Below, one piece after another: positions 40,362 to 54,740 of a DNA stretch of 64,000 nt. Numbering within the stretch: position 1 is the stretch's first letter; each line of letters opens with the position of its first letter. The DNA comes from Eledone cirrhosa (Eukaryota): the NCBI GenBank assembly GCA_964016885.1, contig CAXHJY010001431.1:1-64000 (forward strand), written 5' to 3'. Both the position numbers and the translations under genes were made by a program. The notes below the pieces were generated by a model. The model was not told the DNA's origin. It saw only the letters and a list, made by a program, of their open reading frames with translations, and did not search any database.

Positions 40362-43062
40362 TCCGCCGGCAAATTCGCATTTTTGTGATTCGTTTCTTCG
40401 AAGCACACCATTCGCTGGTGGACTTCAGCTTCCGCATTTAGCATGGGCAGCTTTTCTTGAACATCACACCACACACAGCCAATGAGTGTCTGCACATATA
40501 CCAGTAATTACAGATCGATCCGACCACGGGCGGCCGGCTCACGATCGAAAAGGTAACTCCGCCGGCAAATTCGCATTTTTGTGATTCGTTTCTTCGAAGC
40601 ACACCATTCGCTGGTGGACTTCAGCTTCCTCATTTAGCATGGGCAGCTTTTCTTGAAAATCACACCACACACAGCAAATGTGTGTCTGCACATGGACCAG
40701 TAATTACAGATCGATCCGACCATAGGCGGCCGGCTCACGATCGAAAAGGTAACTCCGCCGGCAAATTCGCATTTTTGTGATTCGTTTCTTCGAAGCACAC
40801 CATTCGCTGGTGGACTTCAGCTTCCGCATTTAGCATGGGCAGCTTTTCTTGAAAATCACACCACACACAGCAAATGTGTGTCTGCACATGGACCAGTAAT
40901 TACAGATCGATCCGACCACGGGCGGCCGGCCCACCATCGAAAAGGTAACTCCGCCGGCAAATTCGCATTTTTGTGATTCGTTTCTTCGAAGCACACCATT
41001 CGCTGGTGGACTTCAGCTTCCGCATTTAGCATGGGCAACTTTTCTTGAAAATCACACCACACACAGGCAATGAGTGTCTGCACATGTACCAGTAATTACA
41101 AATCGATCCGACCACGGGCGGCCGGCCACGATCGAAAAGGTGACTCCGCCGGCAAATTCGCATTTTTGTGATTCGTTTCTTCGAAGCACACCATTCGCTG
41201 GTGGACTTCAGCTTCCGCATTTAGCATGGGCAGCTTTTCTTGAACATCACACCACACACAGCCAATGAGTGTCTGCACATATACCAGTAATTACAGATCG
41301 ATCCGACCACGGGCGGCCGGCTCACGATCGAAAAGGTAACTCCGCCGGCAAATTCGCATTTTTGTGATTCGTTTCTTCGAAGCACACCATTCGCTGGTGG
41401 ACTTCAGCTTCCTCATTTAGCATGGGCAGTTTTTCTTGAAAATCACACCACACGCAGCAAATGTGTGTCTGCACATGGACCAGTAATTACAGATCGATGC
41501 GACCATAGGCGGCCGGCCCACGATCGAAAAGGTAACTCCGCCGGCAAATTCGCATTTTTGTGATTCGTTTCTTCGAAGCACACCATTCGCTGGTGGACTT
41601 CAGCCTCCGCATTTAGCATGGGCAGCTTTTCTTGAAAATCACACCACACACAGCAAATGTGTATCTGCACATGGACCAGTAATTACAGATCGATCCGACC
41701 ACGGGCGGCCGGCCCACCATCGAAAAGGTAACTCCGCCGGCAAATTCGCATTTTTGTGATTCGTTTCTTCGAAGCACACCATTCGCTGGTGGACTTCAGC
41801 TTCCGCATTTAGCATGGGCAGCTTTTCTTGAACATCACACCACACACAGCCAATGAGTGTCTGCACATATACCAGTAATTACAGATCGATCCGACCACGG
41901 GCGGCCGGCTCACGATCGAAAAGGTAACTCCGCCGGCAAATTCGCATTTTTGTGATTCGTTTCTTCGAAGCACACCATTCGCTGGTGGACTTCAGCTTCC
42001 TCATTTAGCATGGGCAGCTTTTCTTGAAAATCACACCACACACAGCCAATGAGTGTCTGCACATATACCAGTAATTACAGATCGATCCGACCACAGGCGG
42101 CCGGCCCACGATCGAAAAGGTAACTCCGCCGGCAAATTCGCATTTTTGTGATTCGTTTCTTCGAAGCACACCATTCGTGGGTAGACTTCAGCTTCCGCAT
42201 TTAGCATGGGCAGCTTTTCTTTAAAATCACACCACACACAGCAAATGTGTGTCTGCACATGGACCAGTAATTACAGATCGATCCGACCATAGGCGGCCGG
42301 CCCACGATCGAAAACGTAACTCCGCCAGCAAATTCGCATTTTTGTGATTCGTTTCTTCGAAGCACACCATTCGCTGGTGGACTTCAGCTTCCGCATTTAG
42401 CATGGGCAACGTTTCGTGAAAATCACACCACACAGAGCAAATGTGTGTCTGCACATGGACCAGTAATTACAAATCGATCCGACCACGGGCGGCCGGCCCA
42501 CGATCGAAAAGGTAACTCCGCCGGCAAATTCGCATTTTTGTGATTCGTTTTCTTCGAAGCACACCATTCGCCGCCGGACTTCAGCTTCCTCATTTAGCAT
42601 GGGCAGCTTTTCTTGAAAATCACACCACACACAGTCAATGAGTGTCTGCACATATACCAGTAATTACAGATCGATCCGACCACAGGCGGCCCGCCCACAA
42701 TCGAAAAGGTAACTCCGGCGGCAAATTCGCATTTTTGTAATTCGTTTCTTCGAAGCACACCATTCGCTGGTGGACTTCAGCTTCCGCATTTAGCATGGGC
42801 AGCTTTTCTTGAAAATCACACCACACACAGCAAATGTGTGTCTGCACATGGACCAGTAATTACAGATCGATCCGACCACGGGCGGCCGGCCCACCATCGA
42901 AAAGGTAACTCCGCCGGCAAATTCGCATTTTTGTGATTCGTTTCTTCGAAGCACACCATTCGCTGGTGGACTTCAGCTTCCGCATTTATCATGGGCAACT
43001 TTTCTTGAAAATCACACCACACACAGGCAATGAGTGTCTGCACATGTACCAGTAATTACAGA

Positions 43063-43147
43063 TCGATCCGACCACGGGCGGCCGGCCCACGATCGAAAAG
43101 GTAACTCGATCCGACCACGGGCGGCCGGCCACGATCGAAAAGGTAAC
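43063..43147. repeat. Internal 43+42-bp direct repeat, 238-bp monomer (copy 4)
   Basis: Same GGTAACTCGATCCG junction. Confidence 0.96.
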
Positions 43148-45259
43148 TCCGCCGGCAAATTCGCATTTTTGTGATTCGTTTCTTCGAAGCACACCATTCG
43201 CTGGTGGACTTCAGCTTCCGCATTTAGCATGGGCAGCTTTTCTTGAACATCACACCACACACAGCCAATGAGTGTCTGCACATATACCAGTAATTACAGA
43301 TCGATCCGACCACGGGCGGCCGGCTCACGATCGAAAAGGTAACTCCGCCGGCAAATTCGCATTTTTGTGATTCGTTTCTTCGAAGCACACCATTCGCTGG
43401 TGGACTTCAGCTTCCTCATTTAGCATGGGCAGCTTTTCTTGAAAATCACACCACACACAGCAAATGTGTGTCTGCACATGGACCAGTAATTACAGATCGA
43501 TCCGACCATAGGCGGCCGGCTCACGATCGAAAAGGTAACTCCGCCGGCAAATTCGCATTTTTGTGATTCGTTTCTTCGAAGCACACCATTCGCTGGTGGA
43601 CTTCAGCTTCCGCATTTAGCATGGGCAGCTTTTCTTGAAAATCACACCACACACAGCAAATGTGTGTCTGCACATGGACCAGTAATTACAGATCGATCCG
43701 ACCACGGGCGGCCGGCCCACCATCGAAAAGGTAACTCCGCCGGCAAATTCGCATTTTTGTGATTCGTTTCTTCGAAGCACACCATTCGCTGGTGGACTTC
43801 AGCTTCCGCATTTAGCATGGGCAACTTTTCTTGAAAATCACACCACACACAGGCAATGAGTGTCTGCACATGTACCAGTAATTACAAATCGATCCGACCA
43901 CGGGCGGCCGGCCACGATCGAAAAGGTGACTCCGCCGGCAAATTCGCATTTTTGTGATTCGTTTCTTCGAAGCACACCATTCGCTGGTGGACTTCAGCTT
44001 CCGCATTTAGCATGGGCAGCTTTTCTTGAACATCACACCACACACAGCCAATGAGTGTCTGCACATATACCAGTAATTACAGATCGATCCGACCACGGGC
44101 GGCCGGCTCACGATCGAAAAGGTAACTCCGCCGGCAAATTCGCATTTTTGTGATTCGTTTCTTCGAAGCACACCATTCGCTGGTGGACTTCAGCTTCCTC
44201 ATTTAGCATGGGCAGTTTTTCTTGAAAATCACACCACACGCAGCAAATGTGTGTCTGCACATGGACCAGTAATTACAGATCGATGCGACCATAGGCGGCC
44301 GGCCCACGATCGAAAAGGTAACTCCGCCGGCAAATTCGCATTTTTGTGATTCGTTTCTTCGAAGCACACCATTCGCTGGTGGACTTCAGCCTCCGCATTT
44401 AGCATGGGCAGCTTTTCTTGAAAATCACACCACACACAGCAAATGTGTGTCTGCACATGGACCAGTAATTACAGATCGATCCGACCACGGGCGGCCGGCC
44501 CACCATCGAAAAGGTAACTCCGCCGGTAAATTCGCATTTTTGTGATTCGTTTCTTCGAAGCACACCATTCGCTGGTGGACTTCAGCTTCCGCATTTAGCA
44601 TGGGCAGCTTTTCTTGAACATCACACCACACACAGCCAATGAGTGTCTGCACATATACCAGTAATTACAGATCGATCCGACCACGGGCGGCCGGCTCACG
44701 ATCGAAAAGGTAACTCCGCCGGCAAATTCGCATTTTTGTGATTCGTTTCTTCGAAGCACACCATTCGCTGGTGGACTTCAGCTTCCTCATTTAGCATGGG
44801 CAGCTTTTCTTGAAAATCACACCACACACAGTCAATGAGTGTCTGCACATATACCAGTAATTACAGATCGATCCGACCACAGGCGGCCCGCCCACGATCG
44901 AAAAGGTAACTCCGGCGGCAAATTCGCATTTTTGTAATTCGTTTCTTCGAAGCACACCATTCGCTGGTGGACTTCAGCTTCCGCATTTAGCATGGGCAGC
45001 TTTTCTTGAAAATCACACCACACACAGCAAATGTGTGTCTGCACATGGACCAGTAATTACAGATCGATCCGACCACGGGCGGCCGGCCCACCATCGAAAA
45101 GGTAACTCCGCCGGCAAATTCGCATTTTTGTGATTCGTTTCTTCGAAGCACACCATTCGCTGGTGGACTTCAGCTTCCGCATTTATCATGGGCAACTTTT
45201 CTTGAAAATCACACCACACACAGGCAATGAGTGTCTGCACATGTACCAGTAATTACAGA

Positions 45260-45344
45260 TCGATCCGACCACGGGCGGCCGGCCCACGATCGAAAAGGTA
45301 ACTCGATCCGACCACGGGCGGCCGGCCACGATCGAAAAGGTAAC
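45260..45344. repeat. Internal 43+42-bp direct repeat, 238-bp monomer (copy 5)
   Basis: Same GGTAACTCGATCCG junction. Confidence 0.96.
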
Positions 45345-47849
45345 TCCGCCGGCAAATTCGCATTTTTGTGATTCGTTTCTTCGAAGCACACCATTCGCTG
45401 GTGGACTTCAGCTTCCGCATTTAGCATGGGCAGCTTTTCTTGAACATCACACCACACACAGCCAATGAGTGTCTGCACATATACCAGTAATTACAGATCG
45501 ATCCGACCACGGGCGGCCGGCTCACGATCGAAAAGGTAACTCCGCCGGCAAATTCGCATTTTTGTGATTCGTTTCTTCGAAGCACACCATTCGCTGGTGG
45601 ACTTCAGCTTCCTCATTTAGCATGGGCAGCTTTTCTTGAAAATCACACCACACACAGCAAATGTGTGTCTGCACATGGACCAGTAATTACAGATCGATCC
45701 GACCATAGGCGGCCGGCTCACGATCGAAAAGGTAACTCCGCCGGCAAATTCGCATTTTTGTGATTCGTTTCTTCGAAGCACACCATTCGCTGGTGGACTT
45801 CAGCTTCCGCATTTAGCATGGGCAGCTTTTCTTGAAAATCACACCACACACAGCAAATGTGTGTCTGCACATGGACCAGTAATTACAGATCGATCCGACC
45901 ACGGGCGGCCGGCCCACCATCGAAAAGGTAACTCCGCCGGCAAATTCGCATTTTTGTGATTCGTTTCTTCGAAGCACACCATTCGCTGGTGGACTTCAGC
46001 TTCCGCATTTAGCATGGGCAACTTTTCTTGAAAATCACACCACACACAGGCAATGAGTGTCTGCACATGTACCAGTAATTACAAATCGATCCGACCACGG
46101 GCGGCCGGCCACGATCGAAAAGGTGACTCCGCCGGCAAATTCGCATTTTTGTGATTCGTTTCTTCGAAGCACACCATTCGCTGGTGGACTTCAGCTTCCG
46201 CATTTAGCATGGGCAGCTTTTCTTGAACATCACACCACACACAGCCAATGAGTGTCTGCACATATACCAGTAATTACAGATCGATCCGACCACGGGCGGC
46301 CGGCTCACGATCGAAAAGGTAACTCCGCCGGCAAATTCGCATTTTTGTGATTCGTTTCTTCGAAGCACACCATTCGCTGGTGGACTTCAGCTTCCTCATT
46401 TAGCATGGGCAGTTTTTCTTGAAAATCACACCACACGCAGCAAATGTGTGTCTGCACATGGACCAGTAATTACAGATCGATGCGACCATAGGCGGCCGGC
46501 CCACGATCGAAAAGGTAACTCCGCCGGCAAATTCGCATTTTTGTGATTCGTTTCTTCGAAGCACACCATTCGCTGGTGGACTTCAGCCTCCGCATTTAGC
46601 ATGGGCAGCTTTTCTTGAAAATCACACCACACACAGCAAATGTGTGTCTGCACATGGACCAGTAATTACAGATCGATCCGACCACGGGCGGCCGGCCCAC
46701 CATCGAAAAGGTAACTCCGCCGGCAAATTCGCATTTTTGTGATTCGTTTCTTCGAAGCACACCATTCGCTGGTGGACTTCAGCTTCCGCATTTAGCATGG
46801 GCAGCTTTTCTTGAACATCACACCACACACAGCCAATGAGTGTCTGCACATATACCAGTAATTACAGATCGATCCGACCACGGGCGGCCGGCTCACGATC
46901 GAAAAGGTAACTCCGCCGGCAAATTCGCATTTTTGTGATTCGTTTCTTCGAAGCACACCATTCGCTGGTGGACTTCAGCTTCCTCATTTAGCATGGGCAG
47001 CTTTTCTTGAAAATCACACCACACACAGCCAATGTGTGTCTGCACATGGACCAGTAATTACAGATCGATCCGACCATAGGCGGCCGGCCCACGATCGAAA
47101 ACGTAACTCCGCCAGCAAATTCGCATTTTTGTGATTCGTTTCTTCGAAGCACACCATTCGCTGGTGGACTTCAGCTTCCGCATTTAGCATGGGCAACGTT
47201 TCGTGAAAATCACACCACACAGAGCAAATGTGTGTCTGCACATGGACCAGTAATTACAAATCGATCCGACCACGGGCGGCCGGCCCACGATCGAAAAGGT
47301 AACTCCGCCGGCAAATTCGCATTTTTGTGATTCGTTTTCTTCGAAGCACACCATTCGCCGCCGGACTTCAGCTTCCTCATTTAGCATGGGCAGCTTTTCT
47401 TGAAAATCACACCACACACAGTCAATGAGTGTCTGCACATATACCAGTAATTACAGATCGATCCGACCACAGGCGGCCCGCCCACGATCGAAAAGGTAAC
47501 TCCGGCGGCAAATTCGCATTTTTGTAATTCGTTTCTTCGAAGCACACCATTCGCTGGTGGACTTCAGCTTCCGCATTTAGCATGGGCAGCTTTTCTTGAA
47601 AATCACACCACACACAGCAAATGTGTGTCTGCACATGGACCAGTAATTACAGATCGATCCGACCACGGGCGGCCGGCCCACCATCGAAAAGGTAACTCCG
47701 CCGGCAAATTCGCATTTTTGTGATTCGTTTCTTCGAAGCACACCATTCGCTGGTGGACTTCAGCTTCCGCATTTATCATGGGCAACTTTTCTTGAAAATC
47801 ACACCACACACAGGCAATGAGTGTCTGCACATGTACCAGTAATTACAGA

Positions 47850-47934
47850 TCGATCCGACCACGGGCGGCCGGCCCACGATCGAAAAGGTAACTCGATCCG
47901 ACCACGGGCGGCCGGCCACGATCGAAAAGGTAAC
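47850..47934. repeat. Internal 43+42-bp direct repeat, 238-bp monomer (copy 6)
   Basis: Same GGTAACTCGATCCG junction. Confidence 0.96.
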
Positions 47935-50046
47935 TCCGCCGGCAAATTCGCATTTTTGTGATTCGTTTCTTCGAAGCACACCATTCGCTGGTGGACTTCA
48001 GCTTCCGCATTTAGCATGGGCAGCTTTTCTTGAACATCACACCACACATAGCCAATGAGTGTCTGCACATATACCAGTAATTACAGATCGATCCGACCAC
48101 GGGCGGCCGGCTCACGATCGAAAAGGTAACTCCGCCGGCAAATTCGCATTTTTGTGATTCGTTTCTTCGAAGCACACCATTCGCTGGTGGACTTCAGCTT
48201 CCTCATTTAGCATGGGCAGCTTTTCTTGAAAATCACACCACACACAGCAAATGTGTGTCTGCACATGGACCAGTAATTACAGATCGATCCGACCATAGGC
48301 GGCCGGCTCACGATCGAAAAGGTAACTCCGCCGGCAAATTCGCATTTTTGTGATTCGTTTCTTCGAAGCACACCATTCGCTGGTGGACTTCAGCTTCCGC
48401 ATTTAGCATGGGCAGCTTTTCTTGAAAATCACACCACACACAGCAAATGTGTGTCTGCACATGGACCAGTAATTACAGATCGATCCGACCACGGGCGGCC
48501 GGCCCACCATCGAAAAGGTAACTCCGCCGGCAAATTCGCATTTTTGTGATTCGTTTCTTCGAAGCACACCATTCGCTGGTGGACTTCAGCTTCCGCATTT
48601 AGCATGGGCAACTTTTCTTGAAAATCACACCACACACAGGCAATGAGTGTCTGCACATGTACCAGTAATTACAAATCGATCCGACCACGGGTGGCCGGCC
48701 ACGATCGAAAAGGTGACTCCGCCGGCAAATTCGCATTTTTGTGATTCGTTTCTTCGAAGCACACCATTCGCTGGTGGACTTCAGCTTCCGCATTTAGCAT
48801 GGGCAGCTTTTCTTGAACATCACACCACACACAGCCAATGAGTGTCTGCACATATACCAGTAATTACAGATCGATCCGACCACGGGCGGCCGGCTCACGA
48901 TCGAAAAGGTAACTCCGCCGGCAAATTCGCATTTTTGTGATTCGTTTCTTCGAAGCACACCATTCGCTGGTGGACTTCAGCTTCCTCATTTAGCATGGGC
49001 AGTTTTTCTTGAAAATCACACCACACGCAGCAAATGTGTGTCTGCACATGGACCAGTAATTACAGATCGATGCGACCATAGGCGGCCGGCCCACGATCGA
49101 AAAGGTAACTCCGCCGGCAAATTCGCATTTTTGTGATTCGTTTCTTCGAAGCACACCATTCGCTGGTGGACTTCAGCCTCCGCATTTAGCATGGGCAGCT
49201 TTTCTTGAAAATCACACCACACACAGCAAATGTGTGTCTGCACATGGACCAGTAATTACAGATCGATCCGACCACGGGCGGCCGGCCCACCATCGAAAAG
49301 GTAACTCCGCCGGCAAATTCGCATTTTTGTGATTCGTTTCTTCGAAGCACACCATTCGCTGGTGGACTTCAGCTTCCGCATTTAGCATGGGCAGCTTTTC
49401 TTGAACATCACACCACACACAGCCAATGAGTGTCTGCACATATACCAGTAATTACAGATCGATCCGACCACGGGCGGCCGGCTCACGATCGAAAAGGTAA
49501 CTCAGCCGGCAAATTCGCATTTTTGTGATTCGTTTCTTCGAAGCACACCATTCGCTGGTGGACTTCAGCTTCCTCATTTAGCATGGGCAGCCTTTCTTGA
49601 AAATCACACCACACACAGTCAATGAGTGTCTGCACATATACCAGTAATTACAGATCGATCCGACCACAGGCGGCCCGCCCACGATCGAAAAGGTAACTCC
49701 GGCGGCAAATTCGCATTTTTGTAATTCGTTTCTTCGAAGCACACCATTCGCTGGTGGACTTCAGCTTCCGCATTTAGCATGGGCAGCTTTTCTTGAAAAT
49801 CACACCACACACAGCAAATGTGTGTCTGCACATGGACCAGTAATTACAGATCGATCCGACCACGGGCGGCCGGCCCACCATCGAAAAGGTAACTCCGCCG
49901 GCAAATTCGCATTTTTGTGATTCGTTTCTTCGAAGCACACCATTCGCTGGTGGACTTCAGCTTCCGCATTTATCATGGGCAACTTTTCTTGAAAATCACA
50001 CCACACACAGGCAATGAGTGTCTGCACATGTACCAGTAATTACAGA

Positions 50047-50131
50047 TCGATCCGACCACGGGCGGCCGGCCCACGATCGAAAAGGTAACTCGATCCGACC
50101 ACGGGCGGCCGGCCACGATCGAAAAGGTAAC
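50047..50131. repeat. Internal 43+42-bp direct repeat, 238-bp monomer (copy 7)
   Basis: Same GGTAACTCGATCCG junction. Confidence 0.96.
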
Positions 50132-51179
50132 TCCGCCGGCAAATTCGCATTTTTGTGATTCGTTTCTTCGAAGCACACCATTCGCTGGTGGACTTCAGCT
50201 TCCGCATTTAGCATGGGCAGCTTTTCTTGAACATCACACCACACACAGCCAATGAGTGTCTGCACATATACCAGTAATTACAGATCGATCCGACCACGGG
50301 CGGCCGGCTCACGATCGAAAAGGTAACTCCGCCGGCAAATTCGCATTTTTGTGATTCGTTTCTTCGAAGCACACCATTCGCTGGTGGACTTCAGCTTCCT
50401 CATTTAGCATGGGCAGCTTTTCTTGAAAATCACACCACACACAGCAAATGTGTGTCTGCACATGGACCAGTAATTACAGATCGATCCGACCATAGGCGGC
50501 CGGCTCACGATCGAAAAGGTAACTCCGCCGGCAAATTCGCATTTTTGTGATTCGTTTCTTCGAAGCACACCATTCGCTGGTGGACTTCAGCTTCCGCATT
50601 TAGCATGGGCAGCTTTTCTTGAAAATCACACCACACACAGCAAATGTGTGTCTGCACATGGACCAGTAATTACAGATCGATCCGACCACGGGCGGCCGGC
50701 CCACCATCGAAAAGGTAACTCCGCCGGCAAATTCGCATTTTTGTGATTCGTTTCTTCGAAGCACACCATTCGCTGGTGGACTTCAGCTTCCGCATTTAGC
50801 ATGGGCAACTTTTCTTGAAAATCACACCACACACAGGCAATGAGTGTCTGCACATGTACCAGTAATTACAAATCGATCCGACCACGGGCGGCCGGCCACG
50901 ATCGAAAAGGTGACTCCGCCGGCAAATTCGCATTTTTGTGATTCGTTTCTTCGAAGCACACCATTCGCTGGTGGACTTCAGCTTCCGCATTTAGCATGGG
51001 CAGCTTTTCTTGAACATCACACCACACACAGCCAATGAGTGTCTGCACATATACCAGTAATTACAGATCGATCCGACCACGGGCGGCCGGCTCACGATCG
51101 AAAAGGTAACTCCGCCGGCAAATTCGCATTTTTGTGATTCGTTTCTTCGAAGCACACCATTCGCTGGTGGACTTCAGCC

Positions 51180-54100
51180 TCCGCATTTAGCATGGGCAGC
51201 TTTTCTTGAAAATCACACCACACACAGCAAATGTGTGTCTGCACATGGACCAGTAATTACAGATCGATCCGACCACGGGCGGCCGGCCCACCATCGAAAA
51301 GGTAACTCCGCCGGCAAATTCGCATTTTTGTGATTCGTTTCTTCGAAGCACACCATTCGCTGGTGGACTTCAGCTTCCGCATTTAGCATGGGCAGCTTTT
51401 CTTGAACATCACACCACACACAGCCAATGAGTGTCTGCACATATACCAGTAATTACAGATCGATCCGACCACGGGCGGCCGGCTCACGATCGAAAAGGTA
51501 ACTCCGCCGGCAAATTCGCATTTTTGTGATTCGTTTCTTCGAAGCACACCATTCGCTGGTGGACTTCAGCTTCCTCATTTAGCATGGGCAGCTTTTCTTG
51601 AAAATCACACCACACACAGCCAATGAGTGTCTGCACATATACCAGTAATTACAGATCGATCCGACCACAGGCGGCCGGCCCACGATCGAAAAGGTAACTC
51701 CGCCGGCAAATTCGCATTTTTGTGATTCGTTTCTTCGAAGCACACCATTCGTGGGTAGACTTCAGCTTCCGCATTTAGCATGGGCAGCTTTTCTTTAAAA
51801 TCACACCACACACAGCAAATGTGTGTCTGCACATGGACCAGTAATTACAGATCGATCCGACCATAGGCGGCCGGCCCACGATCGAAAACGTAACTCCGCC
51901 AGCAAATTCGCATTTTTGTGATTCGTTTCTTCGAAGCACACCATTCGCTGGTGGACTTCAGCTTCCGCATTTAGCATGGGCAACGTTTCGTGAAAATCAC
52001 ACCACACAGAGCAAATGTGTGTCTGCACATGGACCAGTAATTACAAATCGATCCGACCACGGGCGGCCGGCCCACGATCGAAAAGGTAACTCCGCCGGCA
52101 AATTCGCATTTTTGTGATTCGTTTTCTTCGAAGCACACCATTCGCCGCCGGACTTCAGCTTCCTCATTTAGCATGGGCAGTTTTTCTTGAAAATCACACC
52201 ACACACAGCAAATGTGTGTCTGCACATGGACCAGTAATTACAGATCGATCCGACCACGGGCAGCCGGCCCACGATCGAAAAGGTAACTCCGCCGGCAAAT
52301 TCGCATTTTTGTGATTCGTTTCTTCGAAGCACACCATTCGCTGGTGGACTTCAGCTTCCGCATTTAGCATGGGCAACGTTTCGTGAAAATCACACCACAC
52401 AGAGCAAATGTGTGTCTGCACATGGACCAGTAATTACAGATCGATCCGACCACAGGCGGCCGGCCCACGATCGAAAAGGTAACTCCGCCGGTAAATAGTC
52501 ATTTTTGTGATTCGTTTTCTTCGAAGCACACCATTCGCCGCCGGACTTCAGCTTCCTCATTTAGCATGGGCAGTTTTTCTTGAAAATCACACCACACGCA
52601 GCAAATGTGTGTCTGCACATGGACCAGTAATTACAGATCGATGCGACCATAGGCGGCCGGCCCACGATCGAAAAGGTAACTCCGCCGGCAAATTCGCATT
52701 TTTGTGATTCGTTTCTTCGAAGCACACCATTCGCTGGTGGACTTCAGCTTCCGCATTTATCATGGGCAGCTTTTCTTGAAAATCACACCACACACAGCAA
52801 ATGTGTGTCTGCACATGGACCAGTAATTACAGATCGATCCGACCACGGGCGGCCGGCCCACCATCGAAAAGGTAACTCCGCCGGCAAATTCGCATTTTTG
52901 TGATTCGTTTCTTCGAAGCACACCATTCGCTGGTGGACTTCAGCTTCCGCATTTAGCATGGGCAGCTTTTCTTGAACATCACACCACACACAGCCAATGA
53001 GTGTCTGCACATATACCAGTAATTACAGATCGATCCGACCACGGGCGGCCGGCTCACGATCGAAAAGGTAACTCCGCCGGCAAATTCGCATTTTTGTGAT
53101 TCGTTTCTTCGAAGCACACCATTCGCTGGTGGACTTCAGCTTCCTCATTTAGCATGGGCAGCTTTTCTTGAAAATCACACCACACACAGCCAATGAGTGT
53201 CTGCACATATACCAGTAATTACAGATCGATCCGACCACAGGCGGCCGGCCCACGATCGAAAAGGTAACTCCGCCGGCAAATTCGCATTTTTGTGATTCGT
53301 TTCTTCGAAGCACACCATTCGTGGGTAGACTTCAGCTTCCGCATTTAGCATGGGCAGCTTTTCTTTAAAATCACACCACACACAGCAAATGTGTGTCTGC
53401 ACATGGACCAGTAATTACAGATCGATCCGACCATAGGCGGCCGGCCCACGATCGAAAACGTAACTCCGCCAGCAAATTCGCATTTTTGTGATTCGTTTCT
53501 TCGAAGCACACCATTCGCTGGTGGACTTCAGCTTCCGCATTTAGCATGGGCAACGTTTCGTGAAAATCACACCACACAGAGCAAATGTGTGTCTGCACAT
53601 GGACCAGTAATTACAAATCGATCCGACCACGGGCGGCCGGCCCACGATCGAAAAGGTAACTCCGCCGGCAAATTCGCATTTTTGTGATTCGTTTTCTTCG
53701 AAGCACACCATTCGCCGCCGGACTTCAGCTTCCTCATTTAGCATGGGCAGTTTTTCTTGAAAATCACACCACACACAGCAAATGTGTGTCTGCACATGGA
53801 CGAGTAATTACAGATCGATCCGACCACGGGCAGCCGGCCCACGATCGAAAAGGTAACTCCGCCGGCAAATTCGCATTTTTGTGATTCGTTTCTTCGAAGC
53901 ACACCATTCGCTGGTGGACTTCAGCTTCCGCATTTAGCATGGGCAACGTTTCGTGAAAATCACACCACACAGAGCAAATGTGTGTCTGCACATGGACCAG
54001 TAATTACAGATCGATCCGACCACAGGCGGCCGGCCCACGATCGAAAAGGTAACTCCGCCGGTAAATAGTCATTTTTGTGATTCGTTTTCTTCGAAGCACA

Positions 54101-54740
54101 CCATTCGCCGCCGGACTTCAGCTTCCTCATTTAGCATGGGCAGTTTTTCTTGAAAATCACACCACACGCAGCAAATGTGTGTCTGCACATGGACCAGTAA
54201 TTACAGATCGATGCGACCATAGGCGGCCGGCCCACGATCGAAAAGGTAACTCCGCCGGCAAATTCGCATTTTTGTGATTCGTTTCTTCGAAGCACACCAT
54301 TCGCTGGTGGACTTCAGCTTCCGCATTTAGCATGGGCAGCTTTTCTTGAAAATCACACCACACACAGCAAATGTGTGTCTGCACATGGACCAGTAATTAC
54401 AGATCGATCCGACCACGGGCGGCCGGCCCACCATCGAAAAGGTAACTCCGCCGGCAAATTCGCATTTTTGTGATTCGTTTCTTCGAAGCACACCATTCGC
54501 TGGTGGACTTCAGCTTCCGCATTTAGCATGGGCAGCTTTTCTTGAACATCACACCACACACAGCCAATGAGTGTCTGCACATATACCAGTAATTACAGAT
54601 CGATCCGACCACGGGCGGCCGGCTCACGATCGAAAAGGTAACTCCGCCGGCAAATTCGCATTTTTGTGATTCGTTTCTTCGAAGCACACCATTCGCTGGT
54701 GGACTTCAGCTTCCTCATTTAGCATGGGCAGCTTTTCTTG
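51180..54740. repeat. Higher-order repeat, 1570 bp (8 monomers), ~2.2 copies
   Basis: ORFs 51213/52783/54353, 51605/53175, 51971/53541 and 52507/54077. Confidence 0.85.

Larger units (their letters stand above)
37240..51170. repeat. Higher-order repeat family anchored on the 238-bp monomer, with periods 2786, 2786, 2197, 2590 and 2197 bp (14, 14, 11, 13, 11 monomers)
   Basis: Marker ORFs at 37244, 40030, 42816, 45013, 47603 and 49800. Markers TTGTAATTCG, TTTATCATGG, AGGTGACTCC, CACACGCAG and CAGCCTCC recur in the same order. Confidence 0.9.
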
